A stretch of 64,000 bases of DNA from Patescibacteria group bacterium (GTDB lineage Bacteria; Patescibacteriota; Microgenomatia; UBA10105; UBA927). Positions 1 through 7,088 of the stretch are shown piece by piece. Numbering within the stretch: the stretch's first letter is position 1; the number at the start of each line of letters is the position of its first letter. The stretch covers positions 681,517 through 745,516 of the forward strand of contig JBMOPU010000012.1 of NCBI GenBank assembly GCA_049322955.1, given 5' to 3'. The notes under the pieces were generated by a model. It was not told the DNA's origin. It saw only the letters and a list, made by a program, of their open reading frames with translations, and did not search any database. A program made the translations under genes and the position numbers.

Positions 1-283
1 TTCTTTAAAGAACTTAAATGTAGATAATATAAAAATTATATTTCAAACTTACCTTAGTGAATATATTTTTGCTAGCTTATTACAAAAAGCAGGACAAAAA
101 TTAGGAAAAATATCACATAAAGACGCCATAAGAATCGAAAAAAGAATGAAAGGATATATCTCATCTAAAGTTAATTTAGACTTATCGAATATTGACTTCT
201 CAAAGATGGATTGGAATGGTCAATCAGGAAAAGCATTTGTTCAAAGTATTTTTGAAAAAGCATATGAGTTGATGGAGACATAA
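1..283 (+). CDS. 3' end (93 codons) of an upstream gene running off the window start. Its TAA stop overlaps the ATG of the next gene (TAATG). Possibly the partner that precedes QueC-like genes in Qat-type loci.
   Basis: Frame 2 is open from position 2 to the TAA at 281-283. Its composition (A+T-rich, Lys/Ile/Asn-rich) matches the downstream island genes. Translational coupling to 283..1593. Confidence 0.4.
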   Translation, partial: SLKNLNVDNIKIIFQTYLSEYIFASLLQKAGQKLGKISHKDAIRIEKRMKGYISSKVNLDLSNIDFSKMDWNGQSGKAFVQSIFEKAYELMET

Positions 284-1593
284 TGACAGTGAATACAATA
301 CATGTAAAAACAGGTAAGGAAGATATAAAAATAGCATCTGGTTTGGGAAATCGGATTATTGATTTTACTTCTACAAACACGAACCAGACACTAGAAAAAC
401 CCTTATGGTTGAATCGAGATTTTTACAATTTAGAGTATCAACCAGTTCTTGTTGATTTGTTTCGCTTAGCAACCTCTGTTTTTATCATCGACAAAACTAT
501 TCCGAGAATTGAAGCTTACGATCGTTGGACAAGAGATATAGAACTAAACTTGCCCGTAAGTGACCCATCAATGTGGTACGAGAATACGAATTTAATTGTT
601 AGATTTCTTAGTTTTCTCACAGGAGATCATTGGAAGGTACTTTTTACCCAAGATGAATCCACACAACCACAAAAGGATAAGCAATTAACGAAAAAAGGCC
701 ATAAGCTAGACGTAAAATCAGTTTCACTTTTTTCTGGAGGTTTAGATTCCTTCATTGGTGTAATAGATCAAATAGTTGATACCGAATCAGTAGCAATGAT
801 TGCTCACTACGATCAGGGGCAGGTTTCTAAAGTACAAAAATTATTACATGCTAGCTTGGTGAGCCAATTCCCCTCTGCAAAGGTAGAATTATTACAATTT
901 TTTGTTCAGCCTTTAGCAACCAGCGAAAATACCATGAGAAGTAGATCTCTGCTTTTTCTATCTTTAGGAAGCATAGTTGCATCTAGTATAGGTGTCAAAG
1001 AATTAATAGTTCCTGAAAACGGTTTTATAAGTTTAAACGTGCCTTTAACATACAATCGGCTTGGAAGCTTAAGTACCAGAACAACTCATCCAAACACACT
1101 AAATCTCTTTAATAGACTACTCCAAAACTTAAGAATAGGTGTTTTGGTATCCGATCCTTACAAATTTAAGACTAAAGGGGAAATGTTATCAGACTCTAAG
1201 AGCCTTGAGTATTTGGTCAGTGTTGCAAATGAAACGATGTCTTGTGCACATGCGAATGTTGGTATATATCAACATTTACCACCAAATAGACATTGTGGAT
1301 ATTGCTTGCCTTGTTTAATCAGGAGAGCTGCATTTCATAGAGTTGGCCTTGATGACCCAAAGCACTATACCTTTGATGTATTAGATTTAGATTTTTTAGA
1401 ACAAGATAGTAGCAAAACTAGTGACCTTAGGGCTGTTTTACATAGCATTGAAAGTCATAAGACAAATTCAACATTAACAAATATATTGAAGACTGGACCT
1501 ATATTTCCCATAAATGACTTAGAAAATTTTTGTAAGATATACAATATGGGAATCCTGGAATTAGAAAGCTTTTTAAGTGTATATAAAGATTAG
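283..1593 (+). CDS. QueC-like PP-loop ATPase (7-cyano-7-deazaguanine synthase fold) with a roughly 140-aa N-terminal extension. QatC/Cap9/DpdC-like.
   Basis: SGGLDS PP-loop at about aa 150. RSRSLLFLSLGS and PENGFISLNVPL blocks resemble QueC core motifs. The C-terminal CGYCLPCLIRR cysteine cluster resembles the QueC zinc site. Tight coupling to the downstream TatD gene. Confidence 0.75.
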   Translation: MTVNTIHVKTGKEDIKIASGLGNRIIDFTSTNTNQTLEKPLWLNRDFYNLEYQPVLVDLFRLATSVFIIDKTIPRIEAYDRWTRDIELNLPVSDPSMWYENTNLIVRFLSFLTGDHWKVLFTQDESTQPQKDKQLTKKGHKLDVKSVSLFSGGLDSFIGVIDQIVDTESVAMIAHYDQGQVSKVQKLLHASLVSQFPSAKVELLQFFVQPLATSENTMRSRSLLFLSLGSIVASSIGVKELIVPENGFISLNVPLTYNRLGSLSTRTTHPNTLNLFNRLLQNLRIGVLVSDPYKFKTKGEMLSDSKSLEYLVSVANETMSCAHANVGIYQHLPPNRHCGYCLPCLIRRAAFHRVGLDDPKHYTFDVLDLDFLEQDSSKTSDLRAVLHSIESHKTNSTLTNILKTGPIFPINDLENFCKIYNMGILELESFLSVYKD

Positions 1594-1599
1594 TGTATT

Positions 1600-2346
1600 A
1601 TGGATTTTAGTAAACAATTTGATTATATCGACACTCACTGTCACCTAGACTTGTATAAAAACTATACAGAGGTTATTGAACAGTCTAAAATGTCAAACAC
1701 TTCGATTGTTGCGGTAACAAACCTTCCAACAGTGTTTGAGCGAGAATGCAAGCTATTCAAAAACTATTCAAATGTAATTGTCGCATTAGGTTTTCATCCG
1801 CAATTAGTGAAATCTCATGGAGATCAGGTAAGTCAGATGTTAAGCTTTATGTCTAAAACGCAATTTATCGGTGAAATAGGGCTAGATTATCAAGAAAATA
1901 ATGATGACCTAAAAACGAAACAAAAATACATATTCCAACAAATATTGGACGGTGCAGCAACATATAGGACCAAAATACTTTCTGTGCATAGTAGAAAGTC
2001 CTCCGAAGATGTAGTAGCTATGATTGGATCTAATTTCCCCGGAAACATTATTCTTCACTGGTATAGCGGGTCACAATCGACGTTAAAAAAGGCTTTGTCT
2101 AATGGATATTTATTTTCCGTTAATCCAGCTATGACATTTTCAGCTAGTGGAAGATCTATTATTAATGGTTTGCCACTTGAAAAAATTTTAACTGAAACAG
2201 ACGGTCCATTCACGGAGGTGAATAATAAACAAAGTATCCCTTCAGACATAAGTTTGGTTCTGGACTACTTGGCAAAGTTACATAATCAAACAACTCAAAA
2301 TATCAAAGAAATAATTAAAAATAACTTTTTGAATATTTTGAATTAA
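1600..2346 (+). CDS. TatD-family metal-dependent hydrolase/DNase (QatD-like)
   Basis: N-terminal DTHCHLD motif, IGEIGLDYQ, LSVHSR, ILHWYSG, TETDGPF. This is the full TatD metal-ligand set. 6-nt gap after the QueC-like gene. Confidence 0.8.
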   Translation: MDFSKQFDYIDTHCHLDLYKNYTEVIEQSKMSNTSIVAVTNLPTVFERECKLFKNYSNVIVALGFHPQLVKSHGDQVSQMLSFMSKTQFIGEIGLDYQENNDDLKTKQKYIFQQILDGAATYRTKILSVHSRKSSEDVVAMIGSNFPGNIILHWYSGSQSTLKKALSNGYLFSVNPAMTFSASGRSIINGLPLEKILTETDGPFTEVNNKQSIPSDISLVLDYLAKLHNQTTQNIKEIIKNNFLNILN

Positions 2347-2352
2347 ACAGAT

Positions 2353-3069
2353 ATGGCAACTATTTATGGTCAACCCAGCCGATATCTCAATGCGAATAAA
2401 ACCATAAGCAAATACGGTGCATTAGCCTACCTAATTTACTTTACAGTTATCATCGGAATTGTTATTTGGCGCTTATCAATAGCCTCGTTCTCATTGCCTG
2501 CTGTTTTCGCTATCTCACTTGTATTTGGCCCGATATTACTCGTTACAGACTCACTCATGAGAAAAGAGGAGTCACTAATGTATAAGTTCCGCAGTGGCAT
2601 TGTTGGAGAAAAGCTAATCGGCGATGAATTAAAGAAACTATATGCAAGTTATACGGTATTTGAAGATGTTCATGTCCCGGGCAAGAAAGAGAATATTGAT
2701 TTTGTGGTCGTTGGCGCTACAGGAATTCATGCAATCGAGGTTAAAAATCATCATGGAAAGGTGGGTTTTGATGGAGATGCCCTCACCTTAAACGACAAAC
2801 CATTCGAAAAGGACTTTCTAAGACAGGCCATGCGCGAAGCAACCTCTCTCCATGATTATCTTGTGTCGTCGGGGATTTCTAATGCGTTTGTTGTTCCTAT
2901 CATTGTCTTTTCTCATCGCTTTGCTCTAGTTAGATTTGGGATTCAGCCTATTAAAAATGTTCGTGTTATTCAGTATCGCTGGCTCAACAAAATGATAACC
3001 AGCGAACCGAGAAGTTATCCAGATCAAAAAGTGGTTGATCTAATAAAAAATACCTACATTCAGGCCTAG
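2353..3069 (+). CDS. NERD (nuclease-related domain) protein with two N-terminal transmembrane helices
   Basis: NIDFVVVGATGIHAIEVKNHHGKV matches the NERD core (ID-x-vv-x-G-x-x-x-IE-x-K). Hydrophobic helices at aa 20-65. 6-nt gap after TatD. Confidence 0.65.
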   Translation: MATIYGQPSRYLNANKTISKYGALAYLIYFTVIIGIVIWRLSIASFSLPAVFAISLVFGPILLVTDSLMRKEESLMYKFRSGIVGEKLIGDELKKLYASYTVFEDVHVPGKKENIDFVVVGATGIHAIEVKNHHGKVGFDGDALTLNDKPFEKDFLRQAMREATSLHDYLVSSGISNAFVVPIIVFSHRFALVRFGIQPIKNVRVIQYRWLNKMITSEPRSYPDQKVVDLIKNTYIQA

Positions 3070-3109
3070 TGGCCTGTGTAAGCAAGCTTTTTTGTAAAGT
3101 TGCGGTCAG

Positions 3110-3346
3110 ATGTTAGAATATAAATATATGAATAGCGATTCCATGAATTTGAAAGAGAAAAAAGAGTTTGGAGATAAAGCTCGTGTTGCTAGAGAGAAGT
3201 TATCCCTAACTCAAGCAGATGTAGCCAAAAAAGCCAATATGACCGTCAACTACTACGCCATGATAGAGCGCGGTGAAGCTAATCTGTCCTTTGAAAAAAT
3301 GAAGAGTATCGTAAAAGTTCTGAAACTCAAGATCACTATTTCCTAG
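3110..3346 (+). CDS. XRE/Cro-C1-type helix-turn-helix transcriptional regulator
   Basis: LSLTQADVAKKANMTVNYYAMIERGE is a classic HTH_3 signature. Small protein at the operon end. The true start may be an internal Met. Confidence 0.6.
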   Translation: MLEYKYMNSDSMNLKEKKEFGDKARVAREKLSLTQADVAKKANMTVNYYAMIERGEANLSFEKMKSIVKVLKLKITIS

Positions 3347-3605
3347 CATCAAGCACTAGCTTGGCTGATTCTCTCATCATTTCGACCAGTTTTTCAGCCT
3401 CTTCAAATGTCGCTCTCTTGGGATTCGTTTGTTGTAGGCTCTCCAGAGCAGATTTGAACATCTGATCGTGATTTGCAGTATCTATAGCAAATTGCAATGT
3501 CTCTCTTGGTACTGCCTCAAACTTTTCCTTGCCGATAGCGGTAATCTCATCCCACGGCAACGAAACTATACTGCTATTTTTATCCATGAACGTATTATAG
3601 TCCAA
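3336..3605 (-). CDS. Hypothetical 89-aa protein downstream of the PLD-like gene
   Basis: ORF in the low-GC island, co-directional with the PLD-like gene at a 33-nt spacing. No recognisable motif. Confidence 0.35.
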   Translation of the reverse strand: MDYNTFMDKNSSIVSLPWDEITAIGKEKFEAVPRETLQFAIDTANHDQMFKSALESLQQTNPKRATFEEAEKLVEMMRESAKLVLDARK

Positions 3606-3638
3606 GAAGCTTACTAGAGGAAATTGCCTATATTTCCA

Positions 3639-4079
3639 CTACATGTATTTTCCGTACCCAATAAAGTTAAATAAATCTACGGCGAAGCCGCCGTCCTCAA
3701 GACGGCGCATAAATTCTCTACTTTTTGCCTGAGAAAGGATATTTAGGCTTCCTTCCCAGAGTATATTGCGGTCGATAATGGCTAGTTTCCGGTGGTGATT
3801 ACCTGTACAAAGCAGTACTTGGATGCCAATATTCTCAAATTCTTGGATTTCTAGCTCAGACTGCTCATCATAGCCATCTATGTGCGCTCGTGGGTCTCGA
3901 GTGACTATGTAGATTTTGACATCGCGCGCAACCAAGCGTCGAAACACTGGCCAAAAAGTCTTCATTCTAGCTATGGTAATGAATGGACTTTCGATAATTA
4001 CCTCATTCTGACTATTCTCTAAGTCTGTCAGAAATTTGGAGAAGAAGGTTTTCTCGTCGTGCAAAGAGGTTTTAATCAT
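3639..4079 (-). CDS. Small phospholipase-D-family (Nuc-like) nuclease, HxKx4D
   Basis: HHRKLAIID followed by GSLN fits the HxK(x)4D(x)6GSxN PLD motif. GGAGG RBS 6 nt upstream of the ATG on the minus strand. Confidence 0.65.
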   Translation of the reverse strand: MIKTSLHDEKTFFSKFLTDLENSQNEVIIESPFITIARMKTFWPVFRRLVARDVKIYIVTRDPRAHIDGYDEQSELEIQEFENIGIQVLLCTGNHHRKLAIIDRNILWEGSLNILSQAKSREFMRRLEDGGFAVDLFNFIGYGKYM

Positions 4080-4189
4080 GTAAATCCTCCTCCGACTTCG
4101 ATTGATACAGTTCCATTAACCTGGTAAAATGTACTAGGTAATTGTCGGAGAGCGGTTCAAAATAAGAATCGTCCTCCGCACTAGCGAAC

Positions 4190-4657
4190 ATGGCAGAATT
4201 CCCCCACCACGAAATGAGAGGTGATGAGTCTCGCGTAGTACTTCTACAGGCCCTTCGGGCAATGCAACATCGCATCAGCATTCCGCAACTCATCGACGGA
4301 TCAAGGCTTTCTCCACTTATCAAATTGGGGCTCAATAATCTGATTATGTGTGAAGGAGGCAAGTTTAAATCCGTTCGGGCGGTTCAAGAACTTACGGCAC
4401 TGGATGTGCCGACGCTCATGTTGGAGGGTGGAATTTACCATCTCCACAGGGTCATGCGACAAAATGAAAGAAAAATTGTTCGTAATCTGATGCCGCTTGA
4501 CGATGTTGTCGTCATTGGCCCAGAAAGCATTTTTCGTTACGGTGACCCATCAATTCCCGACAGTGGCTATGGGGAAACGCTAAATAGAATTCCTAACCTC
4601 AGAATGGTGGAAGACGTGATTGACGCGGTACGGTATCTTCGGGAAAGGAACGCGTAG
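4190..4657 (+). CDS. Hypothetical protein (uncertain ORF at the island/host junction)
   Basis: 155-aa ORF with intermediate G+C. No motif recognised. The alternative minus-strand reading is shorter. Confidence 0.25.
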   Translation: MAEFPHHEMRGDESRVVLLQALRAMQHRISIPQLIDGSRLSPLIKLGLNNLIMCEGGKFKSVRAVQELTALDVPTLMLEGGIYHLHRVMRQNERKIVRNLMPLDDVVVIGPESIFRYGDPSIPDSGYGETLNRIPNLRMVEDVIDAVRYLRERNA

Positions 4658-4662
4658 GAGTG

Positions 4663-5118
4663 CTATGTCAATTTTCCTGCAAGCAAAGTAGCCCAATCTT
4701 TTACTGCTTGTTCGTTTGCGGCGAGGCTATAGTAGCGATCAATTTTAAGTGAAGGTACCACGAGGGTAACCGAGAGCTTGTTAAATATTTCCTCCATGAC
4801 ATCAATGGCGCCGCAGTAATGGGGATAGGAAGTGTCTCCGAGACCGATGAGTGCCACTTTCTTCCCCGACAGGTCTTCGTTCGTAAGACTTTCAACAAAC
4901 GCTCGTACTTCGGGGAGAGGCTGTCCGTCTTTCCCTTGATCCTCCCAACTGGGAGAACTGACGATAAGCACGTCATACTCGGCAACCTTCTCGCGGGTCA
5001 CTTCATCGGCGGAAAACATGTCAACGGTATGATTGGCGGTACGAAGTGTTGCGGCGGCAACTTCCGACGCACTCATGGTCGAACCGGACAGGGTGCCATA
5101 GACAAGGAGGCATTTCAT
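4663..5118 (-). CDS. Flavodoxin
   Basis: MKCLLVYGTLSGSTM N-terminal FMN phosphate loop. SPSWEDQG and GLGDTSYPHYCGA flavodoxin motifs. About 150 aa. Confidence 0.8.
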   Translation of the reverse strand: MKCLLVYGTLSGSTMSASEVAAATLRTANHTVDMFSADEVTREKVAEYDVLIVSSPSWEDQGKDGQPLPEVRAFVESLTNEDLSGKKVALIGLGDTSYPHYCGAIDVMEEIFNKLSVTLVVPSLKIDRYYSLAANEQAVKDWATLLAGKLT

Positions 5119-5137
5119 AACTGTGATCTATTATACA

Positions 5138-6187
5138 TTAGTGGAGCGAGTTGTGAACGATCTGTACCACAAAGTCATCAAGCGTCATCCCGTGTGCTTT
5201 GATACTCGCCGTCATGGCATCCCGGGGATCCGGATCAAAGCCTGCATTGGCGTTGGCTTCGAGAAAGTACCACATATTATTTTTCGTATTGAACCGCAGA
5301 TCAAAGCGCGCATAATCCCGAAGACCTAGCGCGTAAAAGGCTCGGATGGAATCTTTGCGAATGCCGGTATCTATCCCTGACTTCAGTTCTTTGGGAGGAG
5401 CGATAAAGTGACAGCTTTGGTATGCGGCCGTGTTTTTTGTCCATTTTTCATCAAAGCCATAGATATTCCATTTATTTTTCCCTTTTGATTTGAATGCGAT
5501 TTCCGCAATGGGAAGTGCATACGTTTTGGTGGGTGTCTCGAGCACAGTGACCTGCAGTTCTTTGCCGGGAATAAATTCCTCCGCTAAAAGCGCCTGTTTA
5601 TGATTTTTTCGCATGGTCTGCACGATTTTCTTAAACTGTTCGTAGGTGGTGGCGATTGATTTGTTGGTAATGCCGATACTGCAGTGTTCAAATGCAGGCT
5701 TGACGATAATCGGAAATTTTCCAGGAAGCATTTTTCGGCTTATGCGGTCATGCAGACGGATAATCGTATATTTCGGCGTCGGCAACGCATATTTTTCAAA
5801 CAAACGTTTTGTTTTCAATTTATTATTGGAAATTTGAATGGCTTTAAATGAGGATCCTGAATACGGAATATGCAGTCTTCCCAATATTTTGGCAATCTCG
5901 ACCTCCATTTTCTTGCTGTCCACGAGATTAAAAACAAAATCTGCTTTGAGATTTTTAAGTTCCGAAAGATCATCGGGTTTTACTTTAATAATCTGTACTT
6001 TATATCCGCGTTTGCGAAAAAGTGCGGTCATATACCGCACGATATCGTCGGTTTGGTTGTCGACGAGTGCATGTTCGGAACTGAAATACGTGTCAGTAAT
6101 ATCCTTGGGAACGTAATGATACAGAATCGCAATGGTGTGCGATTTTTTTGATTTGATATTTTTCTTTTTTGATTTCATAGAACGCAA
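5138..6187 (-). CDS. ATP-grasp enzyme of the D-alanine--D-alanine ligase family
   Basis: Blocks IVKPAFEHCSIGI, EEFIPGKELQVTVLE, ARFDLRF and MWYFLEANANAGFD match the Ddl/ATP-grasp C-terminal fold. The Lys-rich N-terminus is atypical. Confidence 0.7.
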   Translation of the reverse strand: MRSMKSKKKNIKSKKSHTIAILYHYVPKDITDTYFSSEHALVDNQTDDIVRYMTALFRKRGYKVQIIKVKPDDLSELKNLKADFVFNLVDSKKMEVEIAKILGRLHIPYSGSSFKAIQISNNKLKTKRLFEKYALPTPKYTIIRLHDRISRKMLPGKFPIIVKPAFEHCSIGITNKSIATTYEQFKKIVQTMRKNHKQALLAEEFIPGKELQVTVLETPTKTYALPIAEIAFKSKGKNKWNIYGFDEKWTKNTAAYQSCHFIAPPKELKSGIDTGIRKDSIRAFYALGLRDYARFDLRFNTKNNMWYFLEANANAGFDPDPRDAMTASIKAHGMTLDDFVVQIVHNSLH

Positions 6188-6277
6188 CTATTACAACAAC
6201 AAATTTTTTGCCGTTTGTCAAATATACCATAACCATTGTGGCGACCGTATGGTATTTGTTAAAATAGAACCCTTGGG

Positions 6278-6350
6278 GGACGATTAGCTCAACGGCTAGA
6301 GCACTTCGTTTACATCGAAGGGGTTGGGGGTTCGAATCCCTCATCGTCCA
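6278..6350 (+). tRNA. tRNA-Val (anticodon TAC)
   Basis: Hand-folded cloverleaf. Acceptor GGACGAT/ATCGTCC, D-stem GCTC/GAGC, anticodon stem CTTCG/CGAAG with loop TTTACAT, T-arm GGGGG-TTCGAAT-CCCTC. Confidence 0.85.
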
Positions 6351-6419
6351 CTGAATTTGCTCTGTGACGCAGTGTGGGTATCAGGGTATAATTCATTGCA
6401 AAGTGGTGTGATCGGTTTT

Positions 6420-6492
6420 GCTGAGGTAGCCAAGGTGGTCACGGCGCCTGTCTGAAAAACAGGTTATGCGTGTTCGACTCACGCCCTCAGCA
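6420..6492 (+). tRNA. tRNA-Phe (anticodon GAA), CCA encoded at 6493-6495
   Basis: Acceptor GCTGAGG/CCTCAGC, anticodon stem CCTGT/ACAGG with loop CTGAAAA, T-arm GCGTG-TTCGACT-CACGC. 3-bp D-stem with a 9-nt loop containing GG. Confidence 0.75.
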
Positions 6493-6540
6493 CCATAGTC
6501 GTCTATCAGGGTCGAATTAGGAAAGCACACGTGCTTTGAG

Positions 6541-6636
6541 TATAATATCGTCGCAAGGGAGTGCGTTATGTGGAGAGCCCTTGCGACACTCTGGTAGAAA
6601 GGGAGGTTGGAAGGGAAACGTCGTTTCCCGTCCATG
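6541..6636 (+). promoter_or_regulatory. tRNA-Gly leader: TATAAT box followed by a conserved two-hairpin leader (copy A of a repeated motif)
   Basis: TATAAT at 6541. Hairpin GTCGCAAGGG...CCCTTGCGAC and hairpin GGGAAAC-GTC-GTTTCCC. About 75% identical to copy B at 6737-6830, with compensatory stem changes. Confidence 0.45.
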
Positions 6637-6639
6637 AAA

Positions 6640-6711
6640 GCGGCGTTAGTTCACCGGTAGAATGTCTCCTTGCCAAGGAGAAGGTAACGGGTTCAATTCC
6701 CGTACGCCGCT
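6640..6711 (+). tRNA. tRNA-Gly (anticodon GCC)
   Basis: Acceptor GCGGCGT/ACGCCGC, anticodon stem TCTCC/GGAGA with loop TTGCCAA, T-arm ACGGG-TTCAATT-CCCGT. Confidence 0.85.
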
Positions 6712-6736
6712 CAGAGAATCACTATCCAAAATAGGT

Positions 6737-6830
6737 TATAATTATGTCGCGAAGGTGTGCTATATGTATGAGCCCTTCGCGACTCTTTGGTAAATAGGAT
6801 CGTTGGGAAGGGAACATCGTTTCCGTCCCA
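6737..6830 (+). promoter_or_regulatory. tRNA-Gln leader: TATAAT box plus conserved two-hairpin leader (copy B)
   Basis: TATAAT at 6737. Hairpin GTCGCGAAGG...CCTTCGCGAC (a compensatory A-T to G-C change relative to copy A). Second hairpin GGGAAC-ATC-GTTTCC. Confidence 0.45.
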
Positions 6831-6836
6831 GAGAGG

Positions 6837-6908
6837 TGCGGGGTCGTTCAACGGTAGGACACCTGCCTTTGGAGCAGGGTATTCTTGGTTCGAATCCAAG
6901 CCCCGCAG
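6837..6908 (+). tRNA. tRNA-Gln (anticodon TTG) with U1:A72 first pair
   Basis: Acceptor TGCGGGG/CCCCGCA, D-stem GTTC/GGAC, anticodon stem CCTGC/GCAGG with loop CTTTGGA, T-arm CTTGG-TTCGAAT-CCAAG, discriminator G. Confidence 0.85.
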
Positions 6909-6914
6909 CTTATA

Positions 6915-6945
6915 CAAAAATTGCCCATATTGGGCATTTTTTGTA
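6915..6945 (+). terminator. Rho-independent terminator after the tRNA cluster
   Basis: GCCCA-TAT-TGGGC hairpin followed by ATTTTTTGT. An A-tract upstream makes it potentially bidirectional. Confidence 0.6.
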
Positions 6946-7088
6946 TATACGGGGTTTATGGTAAGAACCGACATTGGTTCGAAAATGAGGAGTCGTTATA
7001 GCGACAACGATCGCTGTAACAGCGAATCATTCATGGAGTCTTGCTTTGCGACACGAATATCTTCCAAGCCCCGCAATCTGCATTAAAT

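Noticed and set aside
4072-4362. 96-aa minus-strand ORF overlapping the start of the PLD-like gene
   Set aside because: The Cys/Arg-rich first half lies in a higher-GC segment and looks non-coding. At most the last 39 codons (4072..4190) might be real. Left unannotated.
6093-6344. 83-aa minus-strand ORF (MRDSNPQPLRC...) overlapping tRNA-Val
   Set aside because: Antisense reading of a tRNA gene (the typical MRDSNP... artefact). The tRNA cloverleaf is unambiguous.
6566-6790. Two 9-codon micro-ORFs (MWRALATLW and MYEPFATLW) inside hairpin-1 loops of the tRNA leader motif
   Set aside because: The similarity follows from nucleotide conservation of an RNA hairpin. There is no RBS. Treated as coincidental, though noted in the leader finding.
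6393-7086. ORFs 6393..6635 (-), 6711..6974 (-) and 6787..7086 (+) across the tRNA-Phe, Gly and Gln region
   Set aside because: They overlap hand-folded tRNAs and the structured leaders. Their composition is not protein-like.
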